Assembly (NCBI GenBank): GCA_949358305.1
Contig: OX442314.1
Coordinates: forward strand, 33,232,001-33,296,000
Direction: 5' to 3'
Length of the DNA stretch: 64,000 nt
Source: Strigamia acuminata
Taxonomy: Eukaryota
Shown piece after piece: positions 25,001 through 35,600 of this stretch (positions are counted from its first letter, which is position 1; each line of letters opens with the position of its first letter). A model generated the notes under the pieces. That model ran no database searches, had not been told where the DNA came from, and worked only from the letters and a program-made list of their open reading frames with translations. The position numbers and the translations under genes were made by a program.

Positions 25001-28000
25001 CAACGTAAAAATAAGGAATGACGATTGGTGCAGCAGTGGTCACCGTTGTAACGTTGGTTGACTTCGCCTCCGCCGCCGTTACACTCGATTCCGTTTTGAT
25101 GATCGGGGTCGACATCGTGTTGATATTATTAATTTTTTCTCTCTCTCTTCTGTTCTCTTCATTCTTCTTTACCTTTTTAATTACTTGATCGCCCAACGAA
25201 AGTTCTTCTGTTGGTTTAACGATGGGCATGGCGGCAGGCGCTCGCACTTGGAAACCTTCCAGTTTGAGACAGAAGATGTTGACTAGTCGAAGGCGAAAAT
25301 TATTCTCTCTGTCAAAAATGTCTTGACAGAACAAGTCACCTCTGATCACATGTCAAAGGCCAAGTCAATTCCCAATGGGGACTGGGCAGAAAACAGGCGA
25401 CCAGGGGTGAAATATGCAAATTTAGAGCGCGATTATATCAACTTATTGCAGAATTCTCATGAATTGTCTGGATGGGGTGATTAAAACCAGGCCGAATTAA
25501 AGATAAATATCAAAAATAAGGAAAATAATATAAAATAAAATAATAAATTTAGATTTGGGAAAAATAAAATGATTTAAAGAAATTAGAGCAATTTCTCAAT
25601 AAAATTGGGGAAAATTCAAAGGAAAGGCGCAAAATGCGCTCAAAATTTTGAAAATTAATACTGTCTAAAGTCAGGACCGTGACATTCCCCCCCACCTAGA
25701 TGTTTATTATATGGTTTTTATATAATCAACATCTAAATGGAGTTAACAAACATGATTGATAAAAATTTGAACATATAAATAAATAAAAATAATGAATCAA
25801 CAATATTAATCTCATAATAAACATATAACACAGGTAGGGATTTATTTGGACAGACGCAACAGGCGCACAACTTGGCGCAATTACAGACAAGAACAAACAA
25901 ATACAAACAAATGGGTTTAGGAGAGGAATATTGTAAAAAATCGTTTGATTAAAAATTAACAGAATCAATAGACGTTTAGGCGCTAACTACGACTAAATTC
26001 TAAATAAAATAATAAAATTTGTTAAATTAGTTGATAACGCTTGAAATTAACAATGGTATTCTCTGTTATGACTAGAAAATAATTTAAGATTAATTAACAA
26101 TGCCTATGGGTGGCAAAATTTCTATAAAAATGTAAATTATTAGCAAATAAAAATATTGATTAGGCGCTGATTTGGCGTCAATTATCACAATATAAGGATA
26201 GCAAAATTTCAATGATCACAAATGGTTAATAAAAATGATTAGCAAAAATGATTAGTAAAATATAAATATCAAAAAATAAAAAGTTCGCAAACGAATATTA
26301 TCTTCTTTCGTAGGCGTTTGAGTTTTCACGGAACTTTACGTAAAAAATCTTCATCGAGGCGCATAACAATCACATTTTAAACAATTACAACACTTATCGT
26401 TTGTATCACAATTATCACAATAAAGTCCACACACAACAGTTCGTATATGGGTTTTTAGAAGGCGCAAAGTCACTGTAAGTTCTGTTGTTTAGAAGTCGCG
26501 TAACACTTCCGGCTAATTCGGTTCACTCGGTAAAGGAAATGTCCAACATAATATTGTTTAATGATGGACAACAATTTTTCGCCCGCGCTGTGGTCGAGTT
26601 GCAAGTCCGAAAAGATGATCGTTTCGAAAAGGCGCGTCAGAACACTCCAATCCACGACCAATTCGATTTTAGGCTCCCATGGCAACGAATAGAATATTTC
26701 GTCCACCGGAATAATCTCCTCCATGATCGCAAGGGCGCAAGTTGGCTCTACGAGACGTTTCTCCTTAGGTTTCGGCTCGACCGGTTCGCGCAAACTCTCA
26801 CGTGTGACAACTTCGCCTGGATCGTCATCTTTTTCCTTTGGCGGTGTCAAAATCATTTTTGGCATCCTCGACATCAATGGCGATCGACGTCCACCCCTCG
26901 CACCGCCTCGTCCAACTCCAGGAAGTCTGAAAGGCTCGTCGACCTGAATTACCTCAATTTTGTTGTGTTCTTGGGCCGCCAGGAATGCTTTGTGGTTCTC
27001 TTCGTCGCCCGTTGACTCGCGAAGCGACTCGACATCCGACATTGAGTAATCCACATCCGATGATAACTCCGAGGCGAGTATTCCTGTGTCCGCCACGATT
27101 ACGGGATCGTATCTGAATGAATATTTGGTTCGGGGATCTGCTAATTTCGGATTTTCGGCAATTGCGTCCTCAAATTGTTGCACCAATTTTTCAGGCGCCA
27201 ACTCGATGAGAATCTTTTCTGAAAAGTTCTTAATTTCATCCTCCGTCATGATCAATTCTGGATCCAGTGGTGGTTTGGCGGGCGCATTTTTCTCGTCCTC
27301 AAGTCTCTGGGCCTCCCTGAGCGCGTCGGCCTCTCGAAATCGCTTGACGGCGTCGCGACGACTCTGATGCATTTGGGTGATGATTTCTTTTAAATTAAAG
27401 TGCACGGCGTGCACAATAAGGTGATGCACCGCGTGCTCGTCTCCGGTACAGTCCTTTGTCATTTTCGCTTCAATTTCCTTCGCGATGTTCCCGAGGCGTC
27501 CGAAAATCGTTCCGACGACCGTCTTGAAGTCCGAGGTGCTGACGTTGAAATCCAAATTAATCGACATCTTAAAAAGTTCGCTCCATCCCTCCGATCTCAG
27601 GTTGATTCGTCCTTGACCCCTGTTCTCCATGGGGTACAGTATCTCAAGCTCGTGGCGCCGGAATATTTCGGACATCTGGGTGAAAATACGGTCTGGGCGC
27701 ATTGTACATCCATTTCGGTCGAATCCCTGGAGATATCGTGGCTTTAGAGATGCGCATCCCTCCGACGACGTCGATCCGCTCGAGACCGCTGAAATGGCCT
27801 TAGCAATTGGATTCGAAACCTTGTTTTCCAATTTCTTGACGTCGTGGACCCTCGCGCACTCCTCCGCATCTCTCGCAATTTCGGCAGCGATATTCGCGAT
27901 GGATGAAGATGGTGTAAAATTCAACAACGCTTTGATATCTCGGTCAACCTGTGGGGAAAAATCAGCTTTAATTAGTTTTTTGTTAAAATCAGCAACCGTG

Positions 28001-28415
28001 TCCATTTGTGTGTTTGAAGTTGCAATTTTGGAGTACGTAATCGGCACCGATGTCGCAGCAATTGAAGTCATCATCTTGGGCGTCACATTCGATTGAGTCA
28101 CAGTGGTGACATCGACAGGTCGGGCAGCTTGGCTCGATTCGGACGTCTCAATCGAAGACGATTTGTTTTTTACAACGTAAAAATAAGGAATGACGATTGG
28201 TGCAGCAGTGGTCACCGTTGTAACGTTGGTTGACTTCGCCTCCGCCGCCGTTACACTCGATTCCGTTTTGATGATCGGGGTCGACATCGTGTTGATATTA
28301 TTAATTTTTTCTCTCTCTCTTCTGTTCTCTTCATTCTTCTTTACCTTTTTAATTACTTGATCGCCCAACGAAAGTTCTTCTGTTGGTTTAACGATGAGCA
28401 TGGCGGCAGGCGCTC
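22070..28415. repeat. 3172-bp tandem duplication (LTR part + 3' UTR + distal ORF3)
   Basis: 22070-25241 is repeated at 25242-28413; TC microhomology at the junction; one substitution noticed. Confidence 0.95.
23298..25349 (-). CDS. N-truncated duplicate of ORF3 fused to LTR sequence
   Basis: Identical to the C-terminal ~645 aa of ORF3 apart from one P/L change; lacks the Zn finger. Confidence 0.55.
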   Translation of the reverse strand: MIRGDLFCQDIFDRENNFRLRLVNIFCLKLEGFQVRAPAAMPIVKPTEELSLGDQVIKKVKKNEENRREREKINNINTMSTPIIKTESSVTAAEAKSTNVTTVTTAAPIVIPYFYVVKNKSSSIETSESSQAARPVDVTTVTQSNVTPKMMTSIAATSVPITYSKIATSNTQMDTVADFNKKLIKADFSPQVDRDIKALLNFTPSSSIANIAAEIARDAEECARVHDVKKLENKVSNPIAKAISAVSSGSTSSEGCASLKPRYLQGFDRNGCTMRPDRIFTQMSEIFRRHELEILYPMENRGQGRINLRSEGWSELFKMSINLDFNVSTSDFKTVVGTIFGRLGNIAKEIEAKMTKDCTGDEHAVHHLIVHAVHFNLKEIITQMHQSRRDAVKRFREADALREAQRLEDEKNAPAKPPLDPELIMTEDEIKNFSEKILIELAPEKLVQQFEDAIAENPKLADPRTKYSFRYDPVIVADTGILASELSSDVDYSMSDVESLRESTGDEENHKAFLAAQEHNKIEVIQVDEPFRLPGVGRGGARGGRRSPLMSRMPKMILTPPKEKDDDPGEVVTRESLREPVEPKPKEKRLVEPTCALAIMEEIIPVDEIFYSLPWEPKIELVVDWSVLTRLFETIIFSDLQLDHSAGEKLLSIIKQYYVGHFLYRVNRISRKCYATSKQQNLQ

Positions 28416-29268
28416 CTCCAACCGCTCCATTTTCCTCGACTATAATCGAAGACGTGTTCGATGTTGGTCCGGATCGTCCCGTCACGAAGTGAGTGTCTCG
28501 ATTCGCCTCCGCTCCAATCCTTTTCGTCACTTTCTGCGTATATTCCTTCAAACGGTGCGTGCTCCGCTCCTCGTACGTATGTCGTGGACGCAGATTTGAA
28601 TGCTGAAATGGCAAGTCGGCCGCAACTCTATCCGGCTCCGAATACGCTCTTTTCGCATCCGCGACCACATTAGGCGCCGTCAAACATAGTTCTATACCCG
28701 ATTCCACATCGTAGGTCTTTCCCTCAGGTGTCACAAATTGGTCCGGAAGTTCGGCAGGCTGCTCGCCGGCAATTATGTAGGCTCCCTCTGGATATTCCCA
28801 GGTTAAAGGTCGGATTCCCTTTTCTCTTGCCAATTGCTTTATGCGTGCCAAATATGACGCGTGCGCATGACGAAAACGAACGATGGCGTTTGCACTGCCG
28901 AATGGAATCCTTGGCGGCGGAAAATCCACTCCAGCCAACGATGTTTTGTCTATCGACTCATAACCAAGTACATACGCGAACATAAGGCGCATCCATTTCC
29001 GGAATTTGCAACGACGCAAGTCACCGCCGCCCCGACACGCTCGGCATTCTCGTGGCGCCCGCAGTTGGTATATTTCAAATCCGGTCCCGCTACAAACTGG
29101 ACATAGTTCATAGTTTGGAAAACTTTGGTCGTTTGGGTGGTCCGGATGCCAGCGTGGCACCAGTCCTTCGCCCGACGCTTCGATTGGTGGTATCGGCAGG
29201 TACTTTGGATAACCTTTTTGCGTTGGTTTTGGAATCGTAATTGTTACTTTTGGATCGTAGGACGCCAT
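26470..29268 (-). CDS. Accessory ORF3 of element C, 932 aa, DnaJ-type Zn-finger motif, function unknown
   Basis: Long uninterrupted ATG-initiated ORF between pol and PPT; CPVCSGTG...CRACRGGG; no signal peptide or TM segment apparent. Confidence 0.85.
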   Translation of the reverse strand: MASYDPKVTITIPKPTQKGYPKYLPIPPIEASGEGLVPRWHPDHPNDQSFPNYELCPVCSGTGFEIYQLRAPRECRACRGGGDLRRCKFRKWMRLMFAYVLGYESIDKTSLAGVDFPPPRIPFGSANAIVRFRHAHASYLARIKQLAREKGIRPLTWEYPEGAYIIAGEQPAELPDQFVTPEGKTYDVESGIELCLTAPNVVADAKRAYSEPDRVAADLPFQHSNLRPRHTYEERSTHRLKEYTQKVTKRIGAEANRDTHFVTGRSGPTSNTSSIIVEENGAVGGAPAAMLIVKPTEELSLGDQVIKKVKKNEENRREREKINNINTMSTPIIKTESSVTAAEAKSTNVTTVTTAAPIVIPYFYVVKNKSSSIETSESSQAARPVDVTTVTQSNVTPKMMTSIAATSVPITYSKIATSNTQMDTVADFNKKLIKADFSPQVDRDIKALLNFTPSSSIANIAAEIARDAEECARVHDVKKLENKVSNPIAKAISAVSSGSTSSEGCASLKPRYLQGFDRNGCTMRPDRIFTQMSEIFRRHELEILYPMENRGQGRINLRSEGWSELFKMSINLDFNVSTSDFKTVVGTIFGRLGNIAKEIEAKMTKDCTGDEHAVHHLIVHAVHFNLKEIITQMHQSRRDAVKRFREADALREAQRLEDEKNAPAKPPLDPELIMTEDEIKNFSEKILIELAPEKLVQQFEDAIAENPKLADPRTKYSFRYDPVIVADTGILASELSSDVDYSMSDVESLRESTGDEENHKAFLAAQEHNKIEVIQVDEPFRLPGVGRGGARGGRRSPLMSRMPKMILTPPKEKDDDPGEVVTRESLREPVEPKPKEKRLVEPTCALAIMEEIIPVDEIFYSLPWEPKIELVVDWSVLTRLFETIIFSDLQLDHSAGEKLLSIIKQYYVGHFLYRVNRISRKCYATSKQQNLQ

Positions 29269-29290
29269 AATAAATTATTGCAAAGTGAAA

Positions 29291-29508
29291 CTAAAAGAAA
29301 TGGAAATCCTTCAGGAAAGAAAAAGTTATTTTAGCGAAAATATTCAATTAAAATTAAATTGTTGTGAGATAGAAAGTACTTACGGGTGATAGACGCACAA
29401 TTTCTAACAATATTTATCCAATTTAAGTGATTGTTAAGTTTTTTGAGGCGCGACTATTCAGACGCAAATTAAAATGTGGCTAAGTCGTGCCCTCACATGT
29501 CTTTAATA
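29291..29508 (-). promoter_or_regulatory. Predicted internal promoter and 5' UTR intron of C ORF3
   Basis: TATTAAA 29508-29502; CACATTT start region near 29477; donor GTAAGT at 29383; acceptor TTTCTTTTAG ending 29291; ATG at 29268. Confidence 0.6.
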
Positions 29509-29800
29509 CACGCGGTCTCGCTACGGGGTCGCCTCGTCACAAAATATGACACGGACCTCTCGCGTGAACGAGATTTAATCACGCACTTCGAAGAAGCATG
29601 AGTTTGGACTTAGTAAATTTTTGTATCATCATTTTAAATTGATGAATTTCGAATTCCTAAACTAATCTTTACTTACTATTTTCAGCGTCTATCCTCCGTA
29701 AATATTTGGTTTAAAGCAGGGAAAATTATAAACACAAGAAGGAAAGAAGGTTGGGTAAAGTAAAGAAAGAAATAAAATTATAAAATGAAAAGAAATTAAG

Positions 29801-31324
29801 TTATTTTATCGAAAATGAAGCGATGATGGTTTCAATTTCCGATGTAAACGCAGCAACATGTTTTTCGATCATTGTTGCGTCCGTTTGGTCTAAATCATCA
29901 TCATTATTGAACCAATGGCGCAATTCCACGACGTTGTACGGCAGCATTCGACGACCATCCTTGTCCATAAGAATGACAGTATTGGGTCCAGTTAATTTAT
30001 GGATTACGTAAACGCCTTCCGTCCTCTGTCGAAGTCCTGCAGCAAACTGTCGGTCCGCCGATGACAATTGTCGATTTTTAATAGACACAAAATCGCCTGG
30101 TTTGAAATCGTGTGGTCTTCTTTTTCGATCGAACCAACGTTTATGTCTAATTTGAGCTTTTTGTAAATTTGCAGTGGCATTATTTCGCAATTCTCTCATC
30201 AATTCATGCGTCTCTCGCGCTCGTGCTGGCGGCAGCGGCTGTCCATCGTCGGTGTCCGAATCGAAATCACCTGGATAACGCGCCTCTTGTCCCGTCACCA
30301 TTTGATAAGGAGAATATTGAAGCGAAGCCTGATATGCTGAGTTGATTGCTAGCACAAAATATCCAATGTGAACGTCCCAGCGCACATGCTCTTCAATATA
30401 TGCCAAAATGCAGTTTTTTAATGCTTGGTTTAATCTCTCGGCCAGGTTCCCCTGTGGATGATAAACAGCCGTATAGCGATTGATGGCGCCAAAACTCTGA
30501 CATGCAGCCTGGAATTCCATTGATCGGAAAGCTGGTGCATTGTCACTTATAATGACTTTTGGGCATGCCCATCGCTGAATAAATCCTTGCAATTGTTTAA
30601 TTGTTGTTTTCCAGTCAGATGTCTCAGTCAATCTCACATCCAACCATCGACTGGCGGCATCCACAATTACTAATGCGTAACAATGTCCTCCAATCGATCG
30701 GGGTTTTTTACCATAATAATCGATATAAATTGTGTGAAACAAATGTCGTGGTTTGGCCATGATCATTGGTCCATATGGAAGGCGATTTAACGGCTTAGCT
30801 CGTTGACACGGTTCACATTTTTGAATCCAAAGCAAAACGTCTTCCTTCATTTTAGGCCAATAAACTCGGGCCCGGAGTCGATGAAGTGTTTTTTCAACTC
30901 CTAAATGTCCGCAGCTCGGCGGGTAATGCAGAGCTTTGAAATATTGTTCGCGTAACATTAGGGGCAAATAGATCTGTCTTCTGCGGCGAATTTTATTTAT
31001 GTCAATCGGTGGATAACGACATAACATTCCCTTGTAAATAGCAAAATCTACGGCACGATACTTGATACGCGCTGCTTGTACTTGGTCGTTGGGCAAATGT
31101 CCTTGATCAAGATATTCGATTAATTCGGCGCTCCACGTGTCTTCGTGTTGTCGACGAATTATTTCGTTAATAGTTGGTATCAGACGAAATGGTTGGTGGT
31201 CTTGCGGCGCCTCATGGAGTCGCTCGGCCTCATCCTCTTCTTCGTCTTGTTGTTCATCAGCAACAGGGCGTCTTGTCGCATTTCTTTGAAATTGTGATCG
31301 ATCTTGACGCACCTGCTGTGGCAT
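29801..31324 (-). CDS. Second, C-terminally complete integrase copy created by tandem duplication
   Basis: Near-identical to the integrase in 31180-35925 (RKRRP vs RKRKP) and carries the native C-terminus. Confidence 0.8.
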   Translation of the reverse strand: MPQQVRQDRSQFQRNATRRPVADEQQDEEEDEAERLHEAPQDHQPFRLIPTINEIIRRQHEDTWSAELIEYLDQGHLPNDQVQAARIKYRAVDFAIYKGMLCRYPPIDINKIRRRRQIYLPLMLREQYFKALHYPPSCGHLGVEKTLHRLRARVYWPKMKEDVLLWIQKCEPCQRAKPLNRLPYGPMIMAKPRHLFHTIYIDYYGKKPRSIGGHCYALVIVDAASRWLDVRLTETSDWKTTIKQLQGFIQRWACPKVIISDNAPAFRSMEFQAACQSFGAINRYTAVYHPQGNLAERLNQALKNCILAYIEEHVRWDVHIGYFVLAINSAYQASLQYSPYQMVTGQEARYPGDFDSDTDDGQPLPPARARETHELMRELRNNATANLQKAQIRHKRWFDRKRRPHDFKPGDFVSIKNRQLSSADRQFAAGLRQRTEGVYVIHKLTGPNTVILMDKDGRRMLPYNVVELRHWFNNDDDLDQTDATMIEKHVAAFTSEIETIIASFSIK

Positions 31325-32656
31325 AAATCCTGCACGCCCCTCTGTCGAAGTCCTGCAGCAAACTGTCGGTCCGCCGATGACAATTGTCGATTTTTAATAG
31401 ACACAAAATCGCCTGGTTTGAAATCGTGTGGTTTTCTTTTTCGATCGAACCAACGTTTATGTCTAATTTGAGCTTTTTGTAAATTTGCAGTGGCATTATT
31501 TCGCAATTCTCTCATCAATTCATGCGTCTCTCGCGCTCGTGCTGGCGGCAGCGGCTGTCCATCGTCGGTGTCCGAATCGAAATCACCTGGATAACGCGCC
31601 TCTTGTCCCGTCACCATTTGATAAGGAGAATATTGAAGCGAAGCCTGATATGCTGAGTTGATTGCTAGCACAAAATATCCAATGTGAACGTCCCAGCGCA
31701 CATGCTCTTCAATATATGCCAAAATGCAGTTTTTTAATGCTTGGTTTAATCTCTCGGCCAGGTTCCCCTGTGGATGATAAACAGCCGTATAGCGATTGAT
31801 GGCGCCAAAACTCTGACATGCAGCCTGGAATTCCATTGATCGGAAAGCTGGTGCATTGTCACTTATAATGACTTTTGGGCATGCCCATCGCTGAATAAAT
31901 CCTTGCAATTGTTTAATTGTTGTTTTCCAGTCAGATGTCTCAGTCAATCTCACATCCAACCATCGACTGGCGGCATCCACAATTACTAATGCGTAACAAT
32001 GTCCTCCAATCGATCGGGGTTTTTTACCATAATAATCGATATAAATTGTGTGAAACAAATGTCGTGGTTTGGCCATGATCATTGGTCCATATGGAAGGCG
32101 ATTTAACGGCTTAGCTCGTTGACACGGTTCACATTTTTGAATCCAAAGCAAAACGTCTTCCTTCATTTTAGGCCAATAAACTCGGGCCCGGAGTCGATGA
32201 AGTGTTTTTTCAACTCCTAAATGTCCGCAGCTCGGCGGGTAATGCAGAGCTTTGAAATATTGTTCGCGTAACATTAGGGGCAAATAGATCTGTCTTCTGC
32301 GGCGAATTTTATTTATGTCAATCGGTGGATAACGACATAACATTCCCTTGTAAATAGCAAAATCTACGGCACGATACTTGATACGCGCTGCTTGTACTTG
32401 GTCGTTGGGCAAATGTCCTTGATCAAGATATTCGATTAATTCGGCGCTCCACGTGTCTTCGTGTTGTCGACGAATTATTTCGTTAATAGTTGGTATCAGA
32501 CGAAATGGTTGGTGGTCTTGCGGCGCCTCATGGAGTCGCTCGGCCTCATCCTCTTCTTCGTCTTGTTGTTCATCAGCAACAGGGCGTCTTGTCGCATTTC
32601 TTTGAAATTGTGATCGATCTTGACGCACCTGCTGTGGCATAAATCCTGCACGCCCC
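30023..32656. repeat. 1316-bp tandem duplication of the integrase region
   Basis: 30023-31338 is repeated at 31339-32654; CC microhomology; length is not a multiple of 3. Confidence 0.95.
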
Positions 32657-35600
32657 ATCCATGCTGGTTGATAAGTTGTCGAATCGTCCGACGAATCCGA
32701 ATCTGGACCTCCATATCCGTCAAAATTCGGTCGCACAGCTCCAGATGGTCCTGCAGGTGGACTCAACACATCAGGAGTTGGAAACGATGCAGTTGGCACA
32801 TTTGGTGATGGCAGAGGCGACATTAAAGGTGGTAATGGTGCAACAGCTCCAGGAGGCGTCGAAACTTGTTTCTGTTGACGCGCTCTGGCTCGAGTTAATA
32901 CCTGATAATTTGGTGGCGGTCTCTTCTTGTTTTTAGAACCTTTTGGCCTACCCAATTTTGGTTTAATTTGCTGTTGTCGCCTTTGCGCTTTTGTCATCAC
33001 AGCTACGTTATTTCGTTGCTGCGCCGCAGCCAATCCAACTCCAATAATGTTGATTATTGGTAATTTTGGCCAATCATTTGGGTCGTCAAAATAGGCGATG
33101 TAGCATGTTTCATCAACGAGAGGCGAGTCGTCTGCATCCAATGGTTCCGATGGTTCCACAGGCGCACGGCTAAGGGCATCCGCAACACGATTCTGTGCTC
33201 CTGAGCAGTAAAGAAATGTAAATTTATACTCACTGAGGGACAAAACCCATCGTGCCAGGCGTCCTTTTGGTTCTCGCTGCTGGAAAAGCCACTTTAACGA
33301 CAAATGATCGCTTTCTAAATAAAAATTCATCATCTCAAGATATACACGAAATCTTTTGACCGCCCAAACCGCCGCTAAGCATTCAATCTCGGTGACGCTG
33401 TAATTCTTTTCAGCAGAATTCAATGCACGTGATGCAAAGGCGATTGGTGTTCGTTCACCTTGATCATTTAGTTGCATAAGTGCAGCGCCCAAACCTGAAT
33501 AGCTGGCGTCTGTTTGTAGTATGTATGGCTTGGTCCAATCCGGGAATCTTCGATGTAGAGTTGGTTCAGCCAATCCTCTCTTGAGTGAATTAAATGCCTC
33601 TTGGTGTTGAATCGTCCAATTCCACTCAGAATCTTTTTTGAGTAAGGGTTGAAACACCTCGCATGTTTTTGAATAATTTGGGAAAAATGACTGATAATAA
33701 CCAATCATTCCTTTGAATCTTTGTAATTCTTTGATGTTGGTAGGCGCCGGAAAATATTGAATTGCCGTCACCTTATTTGGATTTGGTTTAATGTGTCCAG
33801 CCTCCACAATATGTCCCAAAACTTCGAGTGATGTTCTGCACAACTCCGTCTTGTTGGCGTTCATTGTGAATCCCGCTTCATCCAAGGCTTGAAGAATTAT
33901 TTTGAGATGTTGCACATGCTCCTCGAAAGTCTTGCTGAAAATTATGACGTCATCGAGATAAACAAACACGAACTTGTAAAGATATTTCGACAAAGTTTTG
34001 TTCATGGCTCTCTGCAGAGTTGCTGGGCCATTAATGGGTCCAAATGGCATTCTCACATATTCGAAAAGTCCTCTGTGCGTAATAAATGCGAGAAATCTCT
34101 CGTCACCTGGACGCACTCCAATCTGGTGGAAAGCTTCTCGTCCATCTATGATCGAAAACCAATTTGATCCTCCTAAATAAGAAAATATATTATCGATGTC
34201 GGGTAGTGGGTAGACATCGGGTAAAGTTTGAGCATTCATCGGTCTAAAATCCATAGCTGTACGCCAATCTCCAGTTTTCTTTGGAACAACAACAGGCGCC
34301 ACCGCACAATCACTTTTTGATCGACGAATAATGCCTTGTTTTAGTTTTTGGTCCAAATAAGCATCAATTACCATCTTTTTTGCTGGGTTAACGGGTCTTA
34401 CAGGCACATGAATTGGTCTAAAGTCCGGTTTTAAATTTACTTCAAACTGAGTGTTGTTACATAATCCAACCTCCTCACGAAATACTTTCGAAATTGGTCG
34501 AAGAGTCTGAATTAATAAACGAATTTGGGGTACCGTCAATGATGACCACAGCTGGTCGTAAATCCAATCCAGTTGTGTTGGATCACTGCTTGGTTGATAT
34601 TGTAGTACATTAACATCCAGAGGCGGCTCCGAAATCGTCGAATGATCGTGTACTCTGGCCATGAGCGCATTTTCATCCACACGACGCAAAAGCTGTCTTC
34701 CCTGCGTGTTAAGTTGTTTTATTGTTGGTGACAATTCATAAAGGCGTCTCCGCTGTCGTCTTGCACGTCTGCGTTGGCTAAGCGTCGAAAACAATGATGA
34801 ATTGAATTTTCTTGATTTTTTAATGGAATCCTTCCTCTTTGGTGACCATATCAATGACCATTGATCTCGTGTACGATTCCGAATCCTCTTGATTTGGTGT
34901 TGAGCATCATCATTTGGATATTCGAAAATCTCTTGCGACAAAGGTCGATGTTCTAGAAGAATACAATTAATGTTGTTAATTAATACCTTGGGTACATCTT
35001 TGGCGCTGTCCTTTGTATCATCGGGTTTCCTGATAGGAAATAAAAGAACAGATTCTGACTTGTTAGCTTGTTCTAAAGTCATGAATTGTCTTCGTTCTTG
35101 TGATCCCTTCAGATACCACTGGCACAATTCAAAGTCTGTGCACAGACCAACCGCTCTGCAGAAATCTCTTCCCAGCAGAAGGTCCTCTGATGTTTTGGGT
35201 ATAATTAAGCAAATGAAAGAAATAACGGCCAAGGGTGCGCGCACTGACAGTTTAACAGATCCCTTAACTGGAATTTTGTCATCGGCCGCTGTACGCACTG
35301 TTTCGTGAAGTTCGAGCAATTCCAAACCCATATTGGCTTTAAGTTTGTTGAATAATGACTCTGACATTACACATGTCTGAGCGCCTGAATCCAAAAGTGC
35401 GACAAAACTCACGTTAGCCCATGTTATTTTGATATATGGTGCTTCTCTGTTGAAGCGATCAGTCTTCGTAATTTCGATTCTCGGCTCTTCGGATTTTTGC
35501 AACTCCTCGGGCGACAAAAGAACGAAGTTTGTTTGCAACGTCTCACTCTGCGTTGTCAACGAAGTTGGTTTTTTGGGGGTTTCCTTGGCTTTCACAGACG

